A DNA stretch of 64,000 nucleotides, from assembly GCA_044892525.1 (NCBI GenBank), contig CM097886.1, forward strand, positions 148,738,001-148,802,000, given 5' to 3'. Position 1 is the first letter of the stretch. Each line of letters opens with the position of its first letter. Shown here in pieces: positions 23,801 to 37,168 of the stretch. Source of the stretch: Schmidtea polychroa (taxonomy: Eukaryota). Position numbers and translations under genes: made by a program. The notes beneath the pieces are model-generated. The model had not been told where the DNA came from. It saw only the letters and a list, made by a program, of their open reading frames with translations, and searched no databases.

Positions 23801-26800
23801 CAATAAATGCAATTAAAATATATTTTCCAAAAAAACGCTAAATCGAATATTATTTAAACAAACAACTTTCCATAACTAGCTGTTATATCAGGTTTTTTCA
23901 CATTTTTAAATGAATTAACCACCTTTAAAATACAATATTTTATGCCTAAATATCAAAAAGATTTCCTTCAATTTAAATTATTTCATGTAAAAAAAGTCAT
24001 GAAAAATAATTTAAATTTTAAATCGAAATTCAATCATCAAAAGAATTATTTTCGTCATTTTTATATTTGAGTTTAGTTTTTTAACTTATTTTTAAGTTGA
24101 AAGTAAATTATTTTAATCTTATAAGATTTTTGTTCATCTTTTATCTGTTTCATTTCTCTTTTAAATTTTTACTATAGAAGAAGCATTGACATATAGTTAA
24201 AAACTAAATCCATGTAACAAATTTCACATTGTTGACATCGAAAATAGTTACAACTTAGTTTAGAAAACAAATGATTAATAAATTTTAATTGAATTTTTTC
24301 GACTAGTTCTAGTTTATTTTGAAATTGTTCTCAATCATAGACCAAATCAGATAGGATTTGCAAATAATTCATCTTATTAAAGTCAGGAATCCACTGCTCA
24401 TCATTTACTCAATGTTATGATGCTCTTTTAACCCTTTATAGGACAAATTAATTATTTTGGAATTTGAATTTTATCTAATATATTTTAAAATACTTATTGC
24501 CTAGACAAAATAACTTAGATAAATAAAAATATGTCTTAGTCCGTCAGAAAAATCAAATATTTCATCGGTTAATATAATGAACAAAGATTGTTTAGCGTTA
24601 TGTTAGAAAATAAATTTATGTAATAAAAAAGATAGATAATTTGTACAAAATTTTATTACAAAAAATTTATACTTTCAAACAACTATTAATTATATTTTTT
24701 TACAATCATTCTTGTGAAATGGTTCAAAACATAAAACGCACAACAGTACTGTTCTTTTTGGATATTTCACAGTGCACTATGATGACAAGTTCCCTTTTCA
24801 ATATAATGCTGGATTTATATGTAACAATTCAAACTTCAAGCAGTTAGAACAATAAATTAACCAAAGAGCGTTCCCGACAAAGTAGTAACGTATTAAAGTT
24901 AATGTTTATATGGAAGGTATTAGAAATATAGACCTTAAAGCAACTGGTTAATATATTAACCAGTTTAAAGATGAATATATACACATTGAAATTTATATTT
25001 ATATACATTTAGTTATATATTAACTTATATATGAATTGATGGGTTTGGACATCTTTTGTTTCGTTAATACAAATTGATAAACCTATTTTATGGACTTAGA
25101 GTTTTGATATTGAAGCATTATCATATTTCATTAAATATAAATCTATATATACTGTGTCGGAATCCGACAGTCGGATGGGTGAATACTTTATGGAAGGTGG
25201 GCTTAACTTTCTACACTACTCATCGAGCATTAGAGCGGGTTCGTGTACCACTGCCAGAAAGTAATTGTAGGTCTTCAATTTCGAATTAGGGAATTTCGAC
25301 TGCATAATTTTCGGAAGTGTATTTTTGATTGTGTTTATTTGGTGCTTTTACTTGTTTGTGATTTTTACTCGACTTAGGGCTATTTTGTGTGCTGCTTTGG
25401 TAAAAAAAATCAGGTTTTACTCAACAATATCAAATTTATTTATTCTTGGTATTTTACGAAAAAATCAGGAATTAAAATTTTTTTTGAGTAGTCATTTTGG
25501 ATATTGTTTATTCTCTTAATATTAAAATTTAACTAGAATAATCAAATTAAACATTTAGTTAAAATGCAATTAATTTCCTAGATAGTGCTCCGACATCTCC
25601 AATTTTGAGGCATAAATCCACAAAACAAATCATCAAGAAAGATCAACAACGACTATCAGATTTTGAAAGCTATACTCGGTTTAATAAGGATGGTAATACG
25701 AAGTTCAATGATAATATCGGTAGTGATACTAGAATATCTTCTCCTTCTGCCATAGATCAATCTATGTTGAAAGAGGACGAAAGAAATTGGACATTGTTAG
25801 TTTTGTTTACTTAGTCTCAATGGATTTTATTGATAAATTTTGCTATGTGTGAGCATTTAAAATATTATTTGAAATTTCTTCATTGAAATAACGGTTTATT
25901 TCAAAACCAAGTAAATATTTTCATTTTAATAATAAATTAAATTAAAAATAGTTTTTCGGTTTCTCGAGCAAAATTTATACATGGAAATACCCTAGGTAAT
26001 TTATAAAATAAATTTTTTTTGGAAAGAAAGTTAAAGAAATATATTTTGAAAAAACTATTTATTGTTACGTGTTTAATCTAATAATAAACAATTGAATTAC
26101 AGTTTCGGTTAATGACAATTGAACAAAAGAGGTTAACTTTCCACATGTGAACTTTAACCGTTTACGAACTTAATCAAGGATTTCACTTCCTGTGCGCACG
26201 AGATTATTGATTTTATTTTATATATAAGGACAAAATTGCTGTGTTCGTATTTCATATTTTAAATATACAGATTTTATTAATTTATTGGTATTTTTAATAT
26301 TCAAAATTTTTAATACTTAAAAATATTCATTCTACATTTTCGAAAAAATTACTCTATAATTTCTTGCTTTAAAAAATCCACGATAATTTACATAAGAATT
26401 AATCTTTATCTAAGTTGGATATATTTCGACAGTTTTCCTGTCGTAATCAGGCAGGATAGATAAAACGATAGATATTATAGATTTTCTAAACATNNNNNNN
26501 NNNNNNNNNNNNNNNNNNNNNNNNNNNNNNNNNNNNNNNNNNNNNNNNNNNNNNNNNNNNNNNNNNNNNNNNNNNNNNNNNNNNNNNNNNNNNNNNNNNN
26601 NNNNNNNNNNNNNNNNNNNNNNNNNNNNNNNNNNTATTAAATAGTATTTATATGTTGTATGTTGACATTGCTTAAAAGATGAAAATACATTATTTAATTA
26701 AAAAAAATTCTATTGAAATTTAAATAAATAATTATATTTATATATATATTTATACTAAGATTTTTTAATTATTTTATTTAAAATATTTTAATTTTAACAA

Positions 26801-29800
26801 TTTATAAACTTAAAAAAATTGAAATTTTAAGTTATTAAACTTAATAATTTAATACATTTGAAATCAACAACAATCCACATAAATTCAATTTACAAAAAAA
26901 CTATTTTAAAAATTCATAACACGTGTTCACAGAATTTTGCATATTAATTTTTGCATCCAACGATTTTATCAACAAAGCTTCTCAAATTACAATAATTAAT
27001 AATACAATATTGACTTGAAAAAAGTCTGCCGAAAATCTATAAATATAAAAAACATCGATATCTTTATTGATTCATAGTAAAAACTTTCTAATAAATACAA
27101 TGACAGTAATTTTTAATGAAATTTTAATATTAGATAAGCACATTTTACTCACACAACCCTTATTGTGCTCACTACTATTTGTCAATAATGTTCACGAATT
27201 CGAATACAGAGTTGACGGAAAGTCTTTCCAATGTATGTGGTATCATACCTGTTAGACGTTGTTAAAACTTCTTTGTTTAGTTCAGAATCATAAGACATTC
27301 AGTAATTCAAATATTTATTAAAATTAATATATATCAGATGTATCTACATAAACTAATTAAAAACAGCGCTTTCTTTTATTATTTAATGTTCTATAAGGTT
27401 TTTAAAAATTAAAAAATTTGAAATTTGAAATAATCCTTTACTTTATTTACCATATATTAAATTCATACTAATTTTAATATCTACGTTAAAATTAAAATAT
27501 TCTAAATTTTAAAATAATAATTTAACAATTTTTATATTTATACTAATTTTAAAATATATTTTAAAATATTTATCAATCTTTTAATCTAATCTATTTTGTT
27601 TCAAATTTAATTTACTTAACATTTTAATTAATTTAATTTAAAACTTAATTTTAATGCCCGTTGATAATTATTCTTAAATATCCTCATAATGCCCATTACA
27701 TTTCAAGTGATAAACTAGATCAGACCACAATTTAACGGGTGTTTTAGACTCATTAATACCCATATTGTGTACTTTACATGAATTAAACAGGATCGTATAA
27801 TTGTAATTCTCCTATGCTTACTTATCTTTTATAATTTATAAAACTTTTCATTTTTAAGAGCAATCAATATTCCATTCTTTCGAGAAATTTTTACATTCAT
27901 AAACTAAGGAGTACTCAAAGCATCATTAAACTTATTCAAATACACATGGTGGCCAAGAATTACCAATTCATTTTCTTTGTCAAACTTGTATACATTAGTG
28001 TCATCTTAAAAACCTTTCTGCTATATTTATTAAAAATTTATTTGATTTTATCTACTTTAAATTTCTTAACTTTATTTATTTAATTAAATTTTTACCTATT
28101 TCTATTCTCATTGAGCAAGTTCGTTATTCCTGAAAAGTTTAACTTAAAAATCTTACCAATTTACGTCATTGGCCCATGCTATTTGTCTAAAAGTTCATGG
28201 ACCTGGAAATACGGTTTGGATGGTCAAAAAGTATTTTGCTCAATATGTTTCATAGAAAATAAAGATGCAAAATGTGAAATTTATATAAAGCAGTAGTAGG
28301 GAAACCGCGGTAAATACGTCAAAAAGGAAAAATGAAAATTTTTGGGGGAGTGAAGGCGACACAAAAATAAATATTTTTTTCAAATTTATATTAGCTGAGA
28401 CTCAAATTTATCTCGAAGAGGTAATATCAGTATAAAAATATAGTTTTGTGGTAATAGCTGTTAAAATTAATTGCAAAAATAATGCGTCTTAAGCAGGGGT
28501 CCCCATAGTTTTACTTATGACACTGTCCGGCAGTATGAATTGAATACTGAAGGAATGTCATCTGTGCTTAATAAATCGAGTTATCAATGTCTTTTTGTTT
28601 CATATAAAAAGTAGAACACTTAAATGCGTAAATCTTTGATGTTTAATGTTTATTTTAACTAAAATTTTTATTTTTGTACCTGTCCAGAAATCGTTTCCAC
28701 TTTACATTAACTGGTCAAAAAATAGATCTATTATGATTTTTATTGTAAAGTTTACAATGCAAACATATTTTAATTACAACTTAATTTCCAATTTGTAAGT
28801 CATTATGTCTTATTTTCAGAAAAAGATAATGATTAAAAGTAAAACATTTTTAAATTCTATTTCTGTGGTATTTTTTTCTTATTTTTTTTTGAAATTTGAA
28901 TTTTTTATAACCTATACGATGGGGAAGAGCCACAATCAATGCTTTGTGTATTTTATCATAAAGTTGGAGCGGTATTTGTTACAGAAATATTAGTTTTAGT
29001 CCTTTGACTCTAGTAATTGTCACCCAAAACCAACAGCATTATGCGATACAATATATAACAATAAGCTCATTACTATACAAATTTAGTAAAACATGTGTTG
29101 TAGTGTAAAATTTTTTATTTGTTGTATATATTCGTCTTTCATATATATTAGTGAATATGCGACATCGTAAATACAAGTAGGCTAAGATTTAATTCAGTAT
29201 TTCTGTGCTTATTTTTTCATTTACTTTCAGATTAGTGATAAATATTTTTATTTATTTAACATAAATTTTCAACAGCCTTTTTCAAATGTTTGCTTTTTAC
29301 ATAAAATAATTGTAACCAAGTAAAATTGAGTAGCGACAAGAACTGATTAGATTATTAAAAGTAAACAAGACGTTTCAAGAGACCCAGTTGACGTCAATGT
29401 ACGGCAGTACTGCATTTATCCTGGCGTAAGTATTGAAAGGTTCAAAATGAAGTTTAGGTTTTTAAAAAAACTAGTGAGAATACTTGAAAAGTTAAATCCA
29501 ACTACAATTATTTCCAAAAATACCTAATTTGTGGTTACTGACTATTAGCAGCAATGATCTTAGTTATTTAAATGAAGTTCCGCGAGATTATACGAGAATG
29601 TTAAATCTGAATATCAAATAGTTTCACATTTACAGAAATTGAATACTTTGAAAACTAAGAGTTGGAAAAATGCGGTCTACAATAACGAAATAAAAACAAA
29701 ATTTACAGGAGTTTAGTGGTATCAATGTAAATGTGATACACTAGTAAATAGTTTCTTCAATTTATTAGGAGGTCATTGTAAATGATAAAGGTTGAAATCG

Positions 29801-30402
29801 ATGAATTCATCAAGAAAGATTTTTGGAATAATCATATGTAATATTTGCAACTAAGGATAATCAAGATACTTCGAGGTTGAAGGGAAAATATATTAATAAT
29901 TATTGTGTATTTATTAATTTTTAATTTTATCACTTTCACATTTGGATTGATTTTATTTTTAAAATTATTATTTAATAAAGAATTTGCAATAATAAGTTAT
30001 AAGTCAATGTAAAACCAAAACTTTCTGCCTTTTTTAATACTTATTTTCACATATTTTGTAGCCTTGGTTTTGTCAGTGTAATTATTTGGCATGGTTGGCA
30101 TGATCATCTAAATATTACTTTTATCAAAGATTTACTGAATTTCTTTTAATGTACTTTTCAAATACTACTGGATAAAACAAAAGAAAAATGAAAAGGAGAA
30201 ATTAATTAATTAATTTATATTTTTCCATTAATCCTATCAGAATTCATATTTATGAACTTCGATGCAATTAAAGTTTTTAAGAGACCAATTTATATATTTT
30301 ACATTAGCGAAGTTGGTTATAAGATAAAAAATGAAAAAGTAAAATTAACAGAATTTCAAGATGAATCTTTTTCTAATATGTTTATATGTTTGAATATTTC
30401 CA

Positions 30403-30445
<43 letters not shown>

Positions 30446-33400
30446 TGTTGTTTTTCATAGAGTTAACTGTTTTCCCTGGGAAAATTAGCACATGCATCTC
30501 AATTAGAAATGATTTAATATTTGATGCAATACTCTCTAATTCATTTCAGTTTTCATGTACAATCTTTAATCAAAATTAAATTTATTTACTCAACGTAAGG
30601 AATAATAAATTGATCTACTTAGCAAATTACCAGAATCTTTGCTGAAAAAGAATTAAAATCTTTCTAAAATTATCACTTAATTATTTGTAATATATAATTT
30701 TATTAAAGAATTATAAAAAAAGAAAATGTGAAATAGAAATTCGATGCAATTTTCATAAAAAATTTAATAATATTCAAGATTATATATTTTTAAAATAAAA
30801 ACATAAAAATTATATGAGCAGAAAAATTTATATATTTCAGAAAAATATTTTCCGCAAATAAAGTTTCTTTTTAAAAAGGAATTTAAATGTAGAATTTATA
30901 TTTTCATCAATTTTGTTTTGGATATTTCATCCTTCAATATACGAAAAAATAAAATATATTAGATAATAAAAAGAATTATTCATTAAAAAGTCAAACAAAC
31001 ACTATAGAAAACTGAAATCTCATGTGGTTTCTTGTCGAGTGAAATGAAGTTAAGTGAAAATGAAACCTAATCAAGATAAATTTTTATTTACATTCTTTTC
31101 CCTGGTGTGATTTTCATTCAAAATTTTTTGTTTATTAGTTTATATGAAATAATGATAGGTGTAAAATTCTGTCTTTATAAGTTTCTTGATTTAATGAAAT
31201 TTGGAAATTAAATTAATAAAAGTATTTTTTGGTCACTATTGACCTGTTTTCGTTTTTGATATTGCATTTTATTTCATTATGTTTATAAAAAAATTAATTT
31301 CTGTTCTTTTGTTTTAATGAAATAATTGTTATTGTGGTGATTATAAATAAAAATATATTTAATTAAACAAATATTGTGATTATAACTCTTAGAATTGTGT
31401 AAATTAACGACAGATTATAATGTGAATGGTAAAAGATTAATAACGATTATCTAGTTAAATTGAGTCCTTTTTCCTAAAGAAACCCGAAAAAATATCATTG
31501 GGATGGTTGATAAAAACTGATAATATGCAATATGTTAATTTCATTCAGAACTTTTATTTTGTTAGTACGTTATTGTGGTTAATTATTTTCCGAACAAGCC
31601 AAAGCTCATGGAACAGAATATTGGCTGGAGTGATGACATGGTTTCACTTTGTTCCGCTATTATAAAACTCAAATCATTTTCATTTATTTTTAAAGTCTGC
31701 ATGCTATGAGAAATTCACGATGGAATTCGCGTGGAATATTTGGTTTACTGGCGTTTATTTTACTTCCACATACTCATAACAATCAATTTGGAGATAATTA
31801 CTAACGTCGGTGTTTCTGACTCTACGTGTTCTGTAAAAACAATTAGATAAACAAAACTCAACGTATATTTGTAATAAAATTCGTATAATCTACAATTTAC
31901 AAAATTCAAAATATCGCAATAAAATGCCTATTCTGACTATTCAATAAGTCTCACTGTAACCACTTTGGTTCTGCACATTCTGCAACAATAATAACCTCTT
32001 CTTTTTTTTACTACTTGATTCTTTTATTTTCCTTTCCGCTAATTTTATCTTCTAGCTTTACTTTCTTCTGTCATCCTACTGCCGATTTCTTCGCCCCTAC
32101 CTGAGGCAAAATACCTATTGTTTCTGAGTTTGAGCTCTCTTATATAGTTCGAATAATCATATTGATTAATGGTGTTTCAACCTTTTTCATTTTTTCTCCT
32201 TCGAAAGAAATAATTAATTGTCCCATCCTGCATCTCTCTTGTGATAATCATTTTCACGTTTTCCAATTATTTATGTTGTCATGATAATGGCTTTCGAGAT
32301 TCCACTTTGTTTACTTAACTCGGGTATTCTTTAATTAATTAATTAGCGATTTTCTGTTTTTGAACGTTTTCTTGCTTTTCGACCCTTTCTAAACATATTC
32401 TGATAAATCCGTTCTCGTCATGATCTTTCTCCATCATCTCCTTTACATCTGACCAGTTTTCCAAACTTTAATTTGATAATTTCTTGCTTTTGAATTTTTG
32501 ATATTTCTTTTTTTTAATTATTTGGAAATTATAAGTTTGGGAATCCCAACAGATTTGTATTTGTAAGAAAATCGTGTCGGTATCCAATATTCGTCAATCA
32601 CATAATAAAACTAATTTGCTACTGTTATGTAAGGATGAGGTTGCAAAAACGTTTATAATCCCACTATACATACTTATACTTACTGATAAATTCATCTCTC
32701 AATCGGAAATAAATATATTTCTTCGATAAATAATGCCAAAGAAACCATATTAAAGATTTTATAGATAAAGTTTTATGAATTTAAAGAATTTTTTATTACT
32801 TAACTTTTTGCAGTTTAAAGATAATTGAAAGTGTTGAGAATATCTGTATTCTCTTTACAAAGATTCGATTAATGTTGAGTTATTGGCATGTTTAGATCAT
32901 CGAAAATCAGTAGAAACAATGTGACTAGGTGGTCTCATACCAGTTATTCCCGGGATAAATCCATTCCTCAATATCACCATTTATTGGAGCTATCTGTCAC
33001 AAAGTTCAACCTATTAAAGAAGTTCTCCATTCTCAGTTGCACATCGTTGCTGGAGAAACATTGTCCTCAAAAAAATGTGTTCAATTGGTAGCTCAGTTCA
33101 CTTTATAAATAAATTTTCTTGATAATAATTTAGGCGTATTCCTCGACTTTTACCACAAAAACAAAAACTATCATTGGAAAATACAAATTTTATTTTTGGT
33201 GTTAATCTTTCAGTTATACAGAATCGATTCGGTCAGCCATTTCCTCCGGTTATTTTAAATATTTTTAGTTACCTTCGCAAGCACGGCCCAACTACGCAAG
33301 GTATTTTCCGTAAAACCGGAATGAAGTGTCGCATTAAAGAGCTGAAGAAAGAAATGGAGCAAAATGAAAGTTATAATGAAATTTTTATTGATCATTTGTT

Positions 33401-36400
33401 CTCAATTTATTATATGCATTTACAAAATTAAATTAATTTTTGAAATTAATATTAATCATTTATAATTTTATTTGATCTTTATTCTATAATTGTTGATCAT
33501 AAGGTCTCTATTTGTTCTATGATTTTCATACATTAAAGCTCAAAATATTTTCTTTCATGATTGAATTGTATTTTTGAAAAAATTACAAATTTACTATAAT
33601 TTCTAGATTTAAGCAATTTTGATGGCTACAATGTCAATGACATAGCCGATATCCTGAAAACATTTTTCCGAGATCTCCCCGACAGATTGCTGACGCACAA
33701 ATTGTCATCAACATTGCTTGCAATATACAATTGTAGGTTTTATAATTTCTTGTCAGTGATTGTTATACGAAAATAATTAAGATGTTCCCAAGGAAAGTCA
33801 ATGTGAAGGTCTTAAATGGGCTTTATTTAGTCTTCCTGATGAAAACCGAGTGGCTTTAGAATATCTCATTGAATTTCTATCATATCTTTCAAATTTTTCC
33901 GATGTCACGAAAGTAAAGTTTCTATTTGGAGTTAATTTTTATTTCTTATTTAATATAAGATGGATGCTAAAAACTTGAGTCTGTGTTTCGCCCCGTCTCT
34001 GTTTAATTTTCAAAATGATGGCAGTTCCAACAACACGATGAGTCCTTTAAGAATGAAGAAATCCAATGGTCCTAATAATAAGCATTTGGCTGAACAAAAT
34101 GCTGCTCATTTATGTGTTGTGAGTATGATCAACAATACCAGTTCTTTATTCGAGGTTTTTAATATTTTAAATGCATTCTATATAGTAGAAATTATGTATT
34201 TCACTTGATAAATGTTTCGGTTGCAAATGTTTCATTATCTAAACCAGACCTGTCCAAACCGCGGCCCGCGAACTTCTCTATAATTTGATACAATCTTATT
34301 TACGCAAATACTTTTATTGCTACGAAAATCTTATATTAATATTAAAATATAATACAATGTTATGAAACTTTTTTCTTCCAAATGAAGACTTCACGTGGCG
34401 TTCGCGTCTCTCTTTGCGAACGAACTCTACTGGTCGTGAAGTTATACGGAAGGACATCAGTAAAAAAAAGATGTAAAATGCGTTATTGCCGCGGATTGTA
34501 AACTTTTCTTCAGAAATATCCAATGAATTCAAAACAAGCGCCAGAGTATACATTAGTAACAACTGAAGGTGTTGAGTCCAAAATTTTCCGTACAGGCAGG
34601 CGTTTTGCTATCCTTAGCCATTTATTTTAGATAAAAATTCTTTGCATTGTGTGCGGACTCCGAATAGTTTTTTTTTGCATTGCGGTCCTCTGGTTTCCCG
34701 AGGTTGGACAGCCCTGATCTAAACCAAATAATTCTTTTATGTCTATATAACATTCCATTCTAGTGTTGCTAAAGTTGTCATTGAAATAATTGCGTTATTA
34801 TTTCTTCTTAGCATTATTTAAAGGTTTCCTTGCTGATGGTTGTAGTGAAACCCCCCTAGTTGCAACATACTTCAAAATCTATTTATATCCCAGCTCAAGT
34901 AAATTCAAATTTGATGTCCTTTTAGACTTGGATGCAAATTCCTAGTTTACTTTTTAATTGAGAATACTTACTTCAAATGGTGTAGCTTTACGTGTAAATT
35001 GTAAACCGTTGCGTAAGATATGGTTATTATAAATCGCTTTTAACAAATCAGAAAGTAATATTTGAAATTTCTGATAAAGCAATATGATTTCCATAACTAG
35101 CTGGTGTGAGGTACAGAATATAGGGGGTAAGTATACAGTTCATATAATTTATTAGCTTTCTATACGCTTTTTTATTGATTATCTTCTCTTGACTTTACTA
35201 TCAATCAACCACCCAAAATTATAATTTTCCAATCATTTTTGTTTAGCAGTATTTATTTCCTTAAATATTTAATAATTTCAATGATGATTCCAACAATATA
35301 AAGCAGTATATATTAGCATAAAGTAGTATAAATAGATAATTCTCAACCATTAGCCAAATGATAGTCCAGAGGACAAAGGAAACCTTCAAAACGTGTAATA
35401 TTTCTGTTACATCATTCTATATGATTCAACTCGCCCCTGTCAATAATATTGTCATGATTCAAACTCCGTGTCTTGATGCCTTGTTTCATATATTTGCAGT
35501 TTTATCATTTATAATTTTTTATGTAATATTATCAACTTTTAATGAACGCACTGTCAAGGCCATGTCTATTAATTTGTAATGTATCCCTTTGTTTTATGAG
35601 CCGTTGGAAATCTTGATCTGAATATGCCAATACTTTATTGGTTAAACTTGATCTAATTAATTATCTAATGATTGTTTTATTTATTATTTTCAATTGATAT
35701 TATTTGAATTTGAGTTCTGACATTTACAGTTGAATCCAAAAACAGTTATGGTAATCTTTTAGTTTTTTTATCTCACTCTNNNNNNNNNNNNNNNNNNNNN
35801 NNNNNNNNNNNNNNNNNNNNNNNNNNNNNNNNNNNNNNNNNNNNNNNNNNNNNNNNNNNNNNNNNNNNNNNNNNNNNNNNNNNNNNNNNNNNNNNNNNNN
35901 NNNNNNNNNNNNNNNNNNNNNNNNNNNNNNNNNNNNNNNNNNNNNNNNNNNNNNNNNNNNNNNNNNNNNNNNNNNNNNNNNNNNNNNNNNNNNNNNNNNN
36001 NNNNNNNNNNNNNNNNNNNNNNNNNNNNNNNNNNNNNNNNNNNNNNNNNNNNNNNNNNNNNNNNNNNNNNNNNNNNNNNNNNNNNNNNNNNNNNNNNNNN
36101 NNNNNNNNNNNNNNNNNTTGTCATAAATTATCCAATGCTGCCAAATTTTAGAATGTGTTCATTTGATCGGTTCATAGTCGTTATAATTTGTTGAGTCGAA
36201 AATCAAATATTTCTTAATCATCCTTATAATTAAGTTTTATATTTGAATATGGGCTTTATTTAGTATTCCTGGTGAAAAGCGAGAGGCTTTAGAATATAAA
36301 GTCACAAAATTAGGAACTTATATCCTTTGTTTTTATTATTAGTAACATCCCCTACTTATTAATGGTCATTCATTTAGTAAAGAATTATTTCATTATCGAA

Positions 36401-37081
36401 AATTCTCAATTATTAATAATTAACAGCAGTAACAAAGGCTTTCCTCATCTTTTAATAATGATTTAACATTCAATTTATGCTGCTACCTAAAATCATCGTT
36501 CATTATTATAGGATTGGAACGAAAGTCCTGTCTGATACAAAATAACATTTATTTAATCAATAAAGATAACATGTAAATCATGGGCGTCCGCAGGAATTTT
36601 TCCAGGGGGGGGGCAAAAATATTTTTACCAAGTAGACAATTTTTCTAGGGGAAAGAGAGTTGAAAAAAAATGCATGTGTATAATAAATATTTGGGGCATT
36701 TTACAAAATAGGACTTTTTTCGTTTATTTACAAAATAGAACACTTTTTAAAACCAGAACGTCAGTTAATATTGAAAGTTTTTATACAAATAAGGTGATTT
36801 GAAATCATTGATTTCCATATATAATTAATAACATTAAAAAAACAGAAAGCCTCTTTAAATTAAATTTATTTTTGTCTTGCGTTTTCCAACATTGTTTGAG
36901 CGCATCTAATTAAAATGTATTTAAATTACTCGAAAAATAGTGCCCCTCCCCCTTGTTTCCCTTGCGGACGCCTATGATGAATATTGATAAATATAACCAA
37001 AACCTCATTTTTCAGTGTTTATAAATTTTCATGTTGTCTTTATTGGTTAAATAAATGTTATTTTGTATCGGAAAAGACAAA

Positions 37082-37168
<87 letters not shown>

